From positions 1 to 64,000 of IMG/VR virus record IMGVR_UViG_3300028048_000065: a stretch of DNA of 64,000 nt; one strand, written 5' to 3'. Under the pieces are notes generated by a model. That model searched no databases. It saw only the letters and a program-made list of their open reading frames with translations, and had not been told where the DNA came from. A program made the position numbers and the translations under genes. Each line of letters begins with the position of its first letter. Position 1 is the stretch's first letter. This document shows positions 21,502-29,800 of this stretch, piece by piece. The stretch comes from a virus. Taxonomy: Duplodnaviria; Caudoviricetes.

Positions 21502-22427
21502 TAGCGCTTACGATTAGTCCAAGAAGAAACATATTTCTTACATTCGTTCGTAGCATCTGCAAGAGCCTGACTACGAGTATAGCGAGGACTTACAATAGTC
21601 TGCCAAAAACGCATATAAGAACTCATGTCAATTCGCATAGACCCAAACGAACTAATTACTTCAATACCTGTAGTATCATTGGTAGCGTAAAAAGCTGTTT
21701 TAAAGCCTGTTGCTTTTTCCACACTTTCTGCAAGGTCTTTAGTCCATTGTTCACAAGCGGGAGTTAAAATAGGGTCAGTCATGATTTTTTTCCTCGTCTT
21801 TCTTGAGATATTCTTGAGAAGCATAATAAAGGTAAGTTTTTACAAAATTAAATTTCTCTTCTGCGTTTTCTGTGTTTTCATATAAATAAACATAACCATA
21901 AAGAATAGCATCGAGATAATTAGTTGTACAAAAGGTATATCCTTTTGTGTCAAGACATAATTCATAATTCCCTTCAAAACATAGTAGAGGATAATAATGA
22001 GGACGCTCTCCAATTAAAGACACAGACTCAATAATATATAACGCATCTGTGATTTTATGTGCTACACAAGAACATCCTTTAGTATAAACATTACGCTGAA
22101 AATAAGTTACAGCATCTTTTAATTCTTCCTGTGCTTCTTTTGCTTCGGCGTAAGTTTGATATACAAGATATTTCTGAGCTTTTGGAGTTTTAGTGTCCAA
22201 TAAGTCAGAATAAAACTTTTCTACTTCTTGATAATTTAATTCCAAAATTGAAACTCCTTTCTTTGATTTGTTTTAATTATAACACACAATATCTTGTATG
22301 TCAAGAAAAATTTTTGCGAGTTTGTAAGTGTATATATTTATATAGACTAAAAGAGCGGATAAATTTCCGCTCTCTTAGTCATTTGATTTTTATTTTATGA
22401 AAGGAGGAATCTACTAACATTAACTAA

Positions 22428-22934
22428 TTAAATCTTCTTGTAACGAGTTTCACGAATTTCCTGAACGGAAGGAACATTACTAATGTCAATGTGATTCTTA
22501 TCACAATAACGCTCAAGATTTGCACACAGAATTCGTGCATCCTTAAGAGCACCTGCGATGATTCGGTCAAAGTCACGGTGATACTTATATAGTGCCTTTT
22601 CACGAGAGAGCTTAATGCCATCGTCTTCATTAAAGGTATCGCCATCCTTAAAATTAACTCGTGCAGCACCCTTATAAGAAGGCTTCATAATAACAGGCTC
22701 ATGGAACTTGGTGTCTTCAAAGGCAACATACTTAGTAGAAAGTGTACTAAAGAGCTTAATAAGAACATTAAAAGCATCAATGTCAGTACGCTTAAGCTCT
22801 GCCTTAGTTACGCCAGCGTCCTCAAGAATTAGATACTGAAAACCATCTTCATAGCCATCGCAGTACTTATTATCACAATCAAACAGGAAAGGGTCATCCT
22901 GAGTAGAGGTCGTGGGCATATAGTTATCAATCAT
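22428..22934 (-). CDS. hypothetical protein
   Basis: ORF with RBS; GDTFNEDDG motif. Confidence 0.55.
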   Translation of the reverse strand: MIDNYMPTTSTQDDPFLFDCDNKYCDGYEDGFQYLILEDAGVTKAELKRTDIDAFNVLIKLFSTLSTKYVAFEDTKFHEPVIMKPSYKGAARVNFKDGDTFNEDDGIKLSREKALYKYHRDFDRIIAGALKDARILCANLERYCDKNHIDISNVPSVQEIRETRYKKI

Positions 22935-23349
22935 TTTTTGTTTCTCCTTAAATTTGTCTAATTAAAATGTTTAAATTGTTTACTGTTACTATATATAAAA
23001 CTACAGGTGTAGCTTATTTTTTATTGTTTGAAACCAAAGCTACACCTGTATGGTTAGTAGCAAATATGACGAAGAGAATTAAAAATCTCAAGTCCTGCAA
23101 TATACCGTGCTTCTCGTAGACAATCTTCCATAAGAGCGTCCATTGCAGCGTGTCCTAAACCACCGTTCAAACTTGCGTCCCGCTCACAATCGTTGTAGAT
23201 TTGCTGAGCTCTTGCTTCAAATTCTTCATGGGTCATTCTGTTTTGGTTCCTTTTGCTGGGGTAAAATGTGTCTTGCGAAAGGACACATGAGGTACACTTA
23301 AGTTATTCGGAAACAAGGGAGAAGAATTAACTTCTCCCTTGAGAAGCGG

Positions 23350-23422
23350 CAGAGGAGATGGGACTCTCACCCATAACCTGCGGTTTTAGAGACCGCCGCT
23401 CTGATAATTGCGCTACTCCTCG
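23350..23422 (-). tRNA. amber-decoding tRNA (anticodon CUA), probably Gln
   Basis: cloverleaf: GAGGAG/CTCCTC acceptor with 1-72 mismatch, G73, anticodon arm GCGGT-CT-CTA-AA-ACCGC, T arm ATGGG/CCCAT with atypical loop. Confidence 0.85.
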
Positions 23423-23445
23423 ATATTATTCCATCTTAGAAAGGA

Positions 23446-23577
23446 CTCGACGCTAAAGAAAGGAAACTCACCACAAAGCTAATAAAACAACACACAAATT
23501 TGATTGAAGGAATCAATGATTTAGTAAATAAAATAGTATTTTTATCTAATTATAACCTATGTTGCTGTAAGCGTCGA
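23446..23577 (-). ncRNA. ACAGCAA-stem element E1
   Basis: TCGACGCT-TACAGCAA...AGCGTCGAG. Confidence 0.75.
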
Positions 23578-23600
23578 TTTGAAAACGTATTTTTGACAAT

Positions 23601-23676
23601 TGGTAGAGCCCCTGTGACTCGAACACAGAATGGAGGATTATAAGTCCTCTCGTTTGACCTATTAACGTAGAGCTCC
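23601..23676 (-). tRNA. tRNA-Ile(UAU)
   Basis: cloverleaf, loop CT-TAT-AA, encoded CCA. Confidence 0.9.
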
Positions 23677-23681
23677 ATATT

Positions 23682-23744
23682 CTCGACCCTGTTTGAATTC
23701 TTAATTACCAGTTAAGTCCAAAAAAAGTTTGCTGTAAGGGTCGA
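23682..23744 (-). ncRNA. ACAGCAA-stem element E2 carrying a Thr(GGU)-type anticodon stem-loop
   Basis: TCGACCCT-TACAGCAA...CTTAA-CTGGTAA-TTAAG...AGGGTCGAG. Confidence 0.8.
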
Positions 23745-23791
23745 TAAAGAAAGGAAATTTTTATGATAAAAACTTATTAGGTTTTATCTTA

Positions 23792-24085
23792 TTAAACAAG
23801 AATCTGACTTGCAGTTTTCTTCTGCTCTCCCTCAAATTCATAATCAAGATGAGGATACATCTCAGGCTTTGTAATCTTGTTTTTACAAACAGGACACTGA
23901 TAAGTAAACTGTGGGGGATAAGTCATTAGCTGTGTAGGCTGTAGTTCCATCTCAGCCTTACACTTTGCACAATGAAGAGTCACCTTGAAAGTGCGAACTG
24001 CGTTTGTCTGTTGCTCATAAGTGTCAAGAACTGACTTATCAGCACCAATAATGGAAGGACCATTAGCAGTATTGATAATATCCAT
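23792..24085 (-). CDS. zinc-ribbon protein
   Basis: CAKC and CPVC. Confidence 0.6.
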   Translation of the reverse strand: MDIINTANGPSIIGADKSVLDTYEQQTNAVRTFKVTLHCAKCKAEMELQPTQLMTYPPQFTYQCPVCKNKITKPEMYPHLDYEFEGEQKKTASQILV

Positions 24086-24135
24086 TTAAAATGTTACTCC
24101 TTATTTTTGTTTTCAGGATTTATGCTATTTTTAGT

Positions 24136-24199
24136 CTCGACTCATTGTACAAATATAAACCTAAATTATATGTAGAAGAAAAATTGCTGTGAGAGTCGA
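24136..24199 (-). ncRNA. ACAGCAA-stem element E3 carrying a Leu(UAG)-type anticodon stem-loop
   Basis: TCGACTC-TCACAGCAA...TATAA-TTTAGGT-TTATA...GAGTCGAG. Confidence 0.8.
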
Positions 24200-24230
24200 T
24201 ATGGAGGAATCGAATGATTCATAATCATTG

Positions 24231-24306
24231 TGGCAGCCGATGAATGGGTCGAACATTCGTATGCGACGGTCAAAGCGTCGTGCCTTTACCACTTGGCTAA
24301 TCGGCT
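24231..24306 (-). tRNA. tRNA-Gln(UUG)
   Basis: CGACG-CT-TTG-AC-CGTCG, G73, CCA. Confidence 0.9.
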
Positions 24307-24445
24307 ATATTTAAAAAAACAAGAACTTCGGTTGGGACTTTCGATTCCTCACCCAACAACTCCAACATACCCTCCGAAGAGGTTGACCGACAGGAGGCAG
24401 TTTAATTTATTTATCGTGTTTTACTACCACGAAGTTCTTGGTTTT

Positions 24446-24516
24446 AGTGGAAGAGGGTAATCGAAACCCCACTTACGGAATCGGAGACCGTGGTTCTACC
24501 ATTAAACTACTTCCAC
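24446..24516 (-). tRNA. atypical tRNA, anticodon CCG (Arg) with U73, no encoded CCA
   Basis: GTGGAAG/CTTCCAC acceptor, D and T arms present, 31-39 mismatch. Confidence 0.6.
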
Positions 24517-24533
24517 ATTTATTTTATATACTA

Positions 24534-24562
24534 AGTATAGCACATATTTTGTAGTTTGTCAA
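24534..24562 (-). promoter_or_regulatory. sigmaA promoter upstream of the tRNA block ending in the CUA tRNA
   Basis: TTGACA-17-TATACT with TG. Confidence 0.75.
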
Positions 24563-24590
24563 GTCTTTTTTAGACTTTATTTTTCTCAAA

Positions 24591-24747
24591 CAAGAGAAGA
24601 AGTGCTCAACCATTGTGCAAAAAAGAAAGGAGGCGATTTCAAAATGAAACCCAAAAAAATGAACAGAAAGTTGAGAACAAACAAAGGAGAACTGTTAGTT
24701 ACAAACTATACCAATTGACAAAGCAATGGGAGCACGTTCTTCTCTTG
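24591..24747 (-). ncRNA. candidate sRNA with its own promoter (24759-24787)
   Basis: terminal inverted repeat; CU-rich anti-SD tracts. Confidence 0.5.
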
Positions 24748-24764
24748 ATTGTGACTTAATTATA

Positions 24765-25082
24765 TCACAGATTTTCAAGATTGTCAAGAGTTTTTTCAGA
24801 ATTATTTTTTGTGTTTTTAGAAACTCCATAAATCTCCTGAGTTACCTTGCGACGCTCAAGCTCATTCTTATAAGCCTTTTCACGAGCATCAACGTTCATG
24901 TCATTATATGCAGCAACATAAACTTCATTACCACACTCTTCACAGAACGCAATTTTTTCATCATAACTAAAATTAATTCCACGAATAGTAAGATTAACTT
25001 TAGCTACATCTGTATCATAGCCAACCATCTTATTACAATGAATACAAAAGACCGTTGGCTTAGAATTCTTAAAATCAAACAT
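24765..25082 (-). CDS. YgiT/MqsA-type zinc finger protein
   Basis: CIHC...IRG...CEECGNEVY. Confidence 0.6.
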   Translation of the reverse strand: MFDFKNSKPTVFCIHCNKMVGYDTDVAKVNLTIRGINFSYDEKIAFCEECGNEVYVAAYNDMNVDAREKAYKNELERRKVTQEIYGVSKNTKNNSEKTLDNLENL

Positions 25083-25139
25083 CAGAATAAAACTCCGTTT
25101 TTATTTATCTATTTTAACCCAAATTTGCAACTTTTTGGG

Positions 25140-25652
25140 TCAAATTTGACGGTTTTCGCGTGTATTTACCCAATATCCCGCCATGCTATATTTGGGGACA
25201 CCAGTAACCTCGGTTGCAATCATCTCAGGCCAAGGGAATTTATATTTCTTAGCTTCTGCTGTAGATTCAAATTCTACCTCAGCATAAGCCCAAGTATCAT
25301 CAACAATACTAATTTCAATAGGCTTTTGACCATCCATATAGACAGTAAAACGTTCTTTCTTGATAGCCTTTTTTCCTGTTTCCTTACTCATTTTAGCAAC
25401 AAACTTTCGAGCAGAAAAAAGCTTATCTTCAAACTCAAGCCTTTCAAGTCCATTACCAACTTTGTAAGTCAACTTGCCATTATTAGAGCCAGCTTTATAA
25501 CGAATACGAGTTTCGCTGATGATGTGATTATCAGAATCAACGATTATCTCAAGATAATACTGCCACAACTGCTCTCTAATAACGTTAGCTTTATCTGGAA
25601 AATTAAAATCTCCGCCCTTTAGAAGCCATTTACGTTCAATTTCTTTACTCAT
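25140..25652 (-). CDS. CYTH (triphosphate tunnel metalloenzyme) domain protein
   Basis: EIERKW, KLTYK, AEVEF, EVTG motifs. Confidence 0.85.
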   Translation of the reverse strand: MSKEIERKWLLKGGDFNFPDKANVIREQLWQYYLEIIVDSDNHIISETRIRYKAGSNNGKLTYKVGNGLERLEFEDKLFSARKFVAKMSKETGKKAIKKERFTVYMDGQKPIEISIVDDTWAYAEVEFESTAEAKKYKFPWPEMIATEVTGVPKYSMAGYWVNTRENRQI

Positions 25653-25722
25653 ATTTTACCTCATCAGGTTCATAGTTTTTGTTGAGGATATAATTATTGG
25701 GTCATTTCCTTTTCTATAAAGT

Positions 25723-25798
25723 TGGGGTCTGAGGCAAGAATCGAACTTGCGTAGCTCTGCTTATGAGACAGAGCAGGTAAACCAACAACCTCTCAGAC
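25723..25798 (-). tRNA. tRNA with CAU anticodon (Met or Ile2)
   Basis: loop CT-CAT-AA, TTCGA T arm, CCA; unusual C73. Confidence 0.8.
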
Positions 25799-25821
25799 AT
25801 ATTTCTATTTTATTTTTAAAA

Positions 25822-25951
25822 CTCGACACATTTTATACATTCTGTTGCTCTACCCGTTGAGCTATGTCCGCATATTGGTGCGGACAGCAGGATTCGAACC
25901 TACAACACACAGGCCCTTGCCAGTATTAAATTTTGTTGCTGTTAGTGTCGA
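25822..25951 (-). ncRNA. ACAGCAA-stem element E4 containing a circularly permuted tRNA mimic (YrlA-like)
   Basis: T arm GTAGG-TTCGAAT-CCTGC, acceptor TGTCCGC-ACCAATAT-GCGGACA, D arm GCTC-AACGGGTA-GAGC. Confidence 0.85.
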
Positions 25952-25983
25952 AGCAAAATGAGGAGGCTCATCACATCGAGCCG

Positions 25984-26060
25984 TGGTAGCTCGGGTGGAA
26001 TTCGAATCCACACTTGACGGATTTTGAATCCGCTCTCTCTGCCGATTGGAGTACCGAGCC
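25984..26060 (-). tRNA. tRNA-Leu(CAA) with short variable loop
   Basis: GCGGA-TT-CAA-AA-TCCGT, A73, CCA. Confidence 0.85.
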
Positions 26061-26462
26061 ATATTCAGTTTAGCAACTACTGACAGACCAGCTTTCCACA
26101 TATCTGCCCTCGGTTCGATTGGGGAGAGGTTTACAGGAATATTCCTACAAACTTGCACCCAATTATCTCGGTCATTTTCATTGCTAAACTTAATATTTGC
26201 TGTCTCTCCAAGCTGTCACCGCTAATATGGTTGTAGGTTCTGGACGGTCTGAACTTAGTTACGCCATACACACATCTTAACCTTGAGAGATAGTCCATCG
26301 GTTAAGCGAAGCTCTATCTTGATAAATTTGCAAGATACTATCATGCTTTCTGGTTCGAGGTGCTTATATCGGAGTCACTATAGCGCATTTTTTCATCCCC
26401 TTACACAATTTTCAAAGCAGCAACTCGTTTACTAATTGTTTATCGGTTTATCCGAACCTCGA

Positions 26463-26584
26463 TGGACCCTACAACTGGAATCGAACCAGAATACCTCCCC
26501 CGATGCGTCTGTTATCACTAAAGAGCTACTTTAGTGTTTGCTCAACAGTCAGTTAATAGGTGTGCTCCTTACACCAAGTAGGGA
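26463..26584 (-). ncRNA. tRNA-like RNA with ~60-nt insertion replacing the anticodon loop
   Basis: CCCTAC/GTAGGG acceptor, TGGTGTAAGGAGCAC D arm, CTGG-TTCGATT-CCAG T arm, CCA. Confidence 0.6.
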
Positions 26585-26705
26585 TATAAAAGGGAACCCA
26601 GCTTTATCTCGCCCTTAACGACCGTTCCCAATGCCGAACACCATACTCGTGCTTTTACTGCTTCTAATACTACGAATTTATTACGAGCAGCTATAATAAA
26701 TTCTG

Positions 26706-26792
26706 TGGCGGAGACAACAGGACTCGAACCTGTATTACCTTTCGGTAAGCTTGTTTAGCAAACAAGAGAGATGACCATTACTCCATGCCTCC
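26706..26792 (-). tRNA. tRNA-Ser(GCU)
   Basis: CTTGT-TT-GCT-AA-ACAAG, long variable arm, G73, CCA. Confidence 0.9.
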
Positions 26793-26807
26793 ATATAAGT
26801 GAGCAAA

Positions 26808-26931
26808 CTCGACACTTTTATTCAGGCCAGCCAGACTTAGACATTCCTTGCTCAAGGGTTATTCTAATAGGGAGTCGAACCCTACATGATGTTTTTTCAA
26901 GAACATTAAGTAAAATTGCTGTGAGTGTCGA
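26808..26931 (-). ncRNA. ACAGCAA-stem element E5 (Ser(UGA)-like loop plus T arm)
   Basis: TCGACACT-CACAGCAA...ATGTT-CTTGAAAA-AACAT...TAGGG-TTCGACT-CCCTA...AGTGTCGAG. Confidence 0.75.
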
Positions 26932-27078
26932 ATGGACATTAAACATTTACAAAAGAATCTGGTAGTCGGATTGAACTTCCTCTTCACCGACTGTTCGGAG
27001 GGTTAGTCACCTTAATCCTCTTGAAGAGTAGGATTCTCATACAGTCTAACCGTAGCATGAGTTATGCTTAATTACCTC

Positions 27079-27138
27079 AGTAACTAAGAAGTTGTTTAGA
27101 TAAGTTCGCTACGCTTACCTCGTGGAATATCCACGCAC
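27079..27138. repeat. 60-bp direct repeat, copy 1
   Basis: 59/60 identical to 27353-27412. Confidence 0.95.
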
Positions 27139-27352
27139 TCAGAGGTTGCTCATGAGCGATGTAACTCTTCTAATCGGAGCGAAGCTACCCCTTTCTTCAT
27201 ATTGAATAGAGTCAACCAAAGATGAACGCTCATTGGTAGCGCCTGTTGGTTTCGGAAATAGGTCCCGTCAGATTTTTCACATCACCGAGGTATCTGAAAC
27301 ATACCTTTGCCTTAACTTAAAGGATTAAGTTTGAGTGATTAATCACACCTAT

Positions 27353-27412
27353 AGTAACTAAGAAGTTGTTTAGGTAAGTTCGCTACGCTTACCTCGTGGA
27401 ATATCCACGCAC
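27353..27412. repeat. 60-bp direct repeat, copy 2
   Basis: 59/60 identical to 27079-27138. Confidence 0.95.
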
Positions 27413-27775
27413 GATTTTCCACCACTCGGGATTCTTATCACATTAGCACCCTGATAAGTTTCACCAACTATATATCGTGTTCTTCCCTTTTCATTTTCTG
27501 CTTCGAACGCCAATTGCTTGCGCTCTACTCCAAGACTTCGGACGGGAGTTGGGGCTTTAGCTTAACGGACTAAAGATGAGTTCAAATATATGGAACACCG
27601 ACAAGGCTTTAGCCATCCTTGCTGAATCGGGCAGTTAAATATAAGTTACATTCGCTATCTGCCAATTGAATGTAAATTATTGAATGGGTGATGTTTTGTT
27701 AGTCTATCACCAAGACTATGGGAGTTGGGTTGTTTTGAGACTCACCAACCATTCGTCTTCCTTGATTGTGTACTT

Positions 27776-27804
27776 AGTATAGCACATTTTGCTTTGTTTG
27801 TCAA
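27776..27804 (-). promoter_or_regulatory. sigmaA promoter upstream of the long non-coding region
   Basis: TTGACA-17-TATACT with TG. Confidence 0.75.
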
Positions 27805-27852
27805 GGGTTTTTAAAATATTTTTTAAAAATTTTTCAAAAACCTTAAAGCATC

Positions 27853-28141
27853 TAAAAACAAGATGTGGTATCTATGACCCAGTTTCATGGTGACTTATTA
27901 CAGTGGGAGCATCTAAAGGTTGTTACCCTTTACTTGAAGTCTCTCCCGACAACCCTTTTATCAAGGGCAGCGTCTAATCCGTATCATTCGGTTTTCCCGA
28001 CTCATTTCGGATTGCGGATTTCTTACCTACCGCCGTAATACCTACTGACCTGTCTATGCCAGCCCCGACCCGTCTTATCATTATACACAGACTATAAAAT
28101 CTGCTTTATTGAGTCAACTGCCGTTAGCCATCTTGTTTTTA
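27853..28141 (-). ncRNA. candidate ~290-nt structured ncRNA
   Basis: 13-bp terminal inverted repeat, promoter at 28152-28180 just upstream, raised GC, no ORF in the track. Confidence 0.55.
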
Positions 28142-28322
28142 GTGTAACTTAAGTATATCACAACATTTTGTGTTTGTCAAGGGGTTTTTAAACTTTTTTG
28201 AAAACTTTTTAAGAAATCTTTTTTTGTGACTTCTTAATTTATATATTAAGTATAGCACAGATTCCTAAGTTTGTCAAGAAGTTTAGAATAAAAATTTTCT
28301 TTTATTATGTATTGAAAATCAT

Positions 28323-28625
28323 TTAATCTTCAACCTCAATTCTAAGAATCTCTTTCTGGTTGGGCAACGTAATTGCTTCTAAACTAAGGTTTGTTTTAAC
28401 AAAATAATCTTGTGAAAATTCAATAGATAGATTGTTTAATGGTTGAACCATTTGAGTGATAAAACAATTCTTTCCATTTATTTTAGTTTTTATCTTTAGA
28501 GCAAAAGGCTTTCCAGAATCAAGGTCAAGACAAGACATATCAAAATAGCTTGTGCCGCAATACGGACATTTATTTAATTCAATATTAAATGGAGCCCCGC
28601 AGTTAATACAATTTCTACTTGACAT
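28323..28625 (-). CDS. zinc-ribbon protein
   Basis: CINCGAP and CPYCG. Confidence 0.6.
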   Translation of the reverse strand: MSSRNCINCGAPFNIELNKCPYCGTSYFDMSCLDLDSGKPFALKIKTKINGKNCFITQMVQPLNNLSIEFSQDYFVKTNLSLEAITLPNQKEILRIEVED

Positions 28626-28652
28626 GACAAATCCTTTTCTGCGTTAAATTTT

Positions 28653-28726
28653 CTCGACACTATATTATGTACGTTTATGAACCCAAATCATATGTATTTA
28701 ATATAAAAAGTTGCTGTGAGTGTCGA
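28653..28726 (-). ncRNA. ACAGCAA-stem element E6 carrying a Pro(UGG)-type anticodon stem-loop
   Basis: TCGACACT-CACAGCAA...TATGA-TTTGGGT-TCATA...AGTGTCGAG. Confidence 0.8.
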
Positions 28727-28861
28727 TAAGTAGTATGGTAAATGGTAGTCGGGTTTAGTATAAAGTTCACCGACCATTCGCTTAGCCTTCACTGTATCGT
28801 AGTTAAGGAGACCAAATATTACACGGGCAAAGTAAGTTTACACATTCTTGCCACTGGTGGC

Positions 28862-28937
28862 TGGCGGGAAATGTAAGGCTTGAACTTACGCCATCATGAT
28901 TAACAGTCATGCGCTCTACCAACTGAGCTAATCTCCC
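28862..28937 (-). tRNA. tRNA-Asn(GUU)
   Basis: CATGA-CT-GTT-AA-TCATG, G73, CCA. Confidence 0.95.
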
Positions 28938-29310
28938 ATTTCCTGTTTTATAATTTTCGTTGGAATTCTTCAACTTTCTTTTTAACTGTGGTCACAGAAG
29001 CGTGAGAACAATTATTATGTCTGAAAAGAAGATTGCCGTTTTTATCGAAAACCTCAAAATATCCAATCTTTTTATTATTTTTTACATAAAGACCAAGATA
29101 TTCAAAATCTTTTCCAGACCAAGGTTTCATATTAAACACTCCTTTTTGGTCGGCTTCTTGCTTAGATTATCACATCGTCTACTTAGGAGTCATAGTCCTG
29201 TTCATAAATCGCCATGTATACCTAACGATTCCGCAGTTTTCAGCAAGCATTGTTATTCTTTGTGGGGTAAGCCGATAATCGCCCACATCAGTTTGGAGCT
29301 ACCAAACAAT

Positions 29311-29387
29311 TGGTGCGCCAGAGGAGACTCGAACTCCTGACCTATTGCTTAAAAGGCAATTGCTGCTACCTACTGAGCTACTGGCGC
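29311..29387 (-). tRNA. tRNA-Lys(UUU)
   Basis: ATTGC-CT-TTT-AA-GCAAT, CCA. Confidence 0.95.
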
Positions 29388-29800
29388 ATATTATTTCGGT
29401 TTGGGAACGCTACTGGTTTTCAAGTGTTCCAACTCAAAATAGGAGCGTACTAACAAGAAACGCAGTAGGTTCTTCTACCTATTTAAATAGCAAGATTGAA
29501 TGTGATTGGCATACCACGTTTTAGGGAACTTTGAAACCACTCTTGCTAAATAAAACAAATTTTTTATTCTTCTTTTAATAAGAAGGTGTGTACCCAAAAC
29601 CGTTAAAATGGTACACTCGCTACCTTTTAATTTTATAGTTGGGAAGGTGTCTTTTAGCAACAACCCCAAGTAAGTGAGGCTGGTGAACTACAATTCCCCG
29701 TGAGTTATCTTACTTTCTCACAGTTACCGATTAACCAACTTTATGTATTTATTATACCATATTGATTTTGATTTGTCAATAGGTTAATAACTTTTTTATT

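Noticed and set aside
24154-24170. E3 loop containing TAG as an amber-related signal
   Set aside because: On the transcribed strand UAG is the anticodon triplet of a Leu-type loop (UU-UAG-GU), not a codon.
25913-25925. CT-GGC-AA in E4 (and TT-ACC-AA in E7) as additional anticodon loops
   Set aside because: They fit the 7-mer pattern but lack a proper 5-bp closing stem, so they were not counted.
24230-26965. ORFs 24230-24460, 24726-25622, 25862-26158 and 26771-26965
   Set aside because: They overlap tRNA/ncRNA genes or lie antisense to real genes; spurious.
27853-28141. RNase P RNA or tmRNA
   Set aside because: No GAGGAAAGUCC-type P4 motif and no Ala-type acceptor or tag ORF recognisable.
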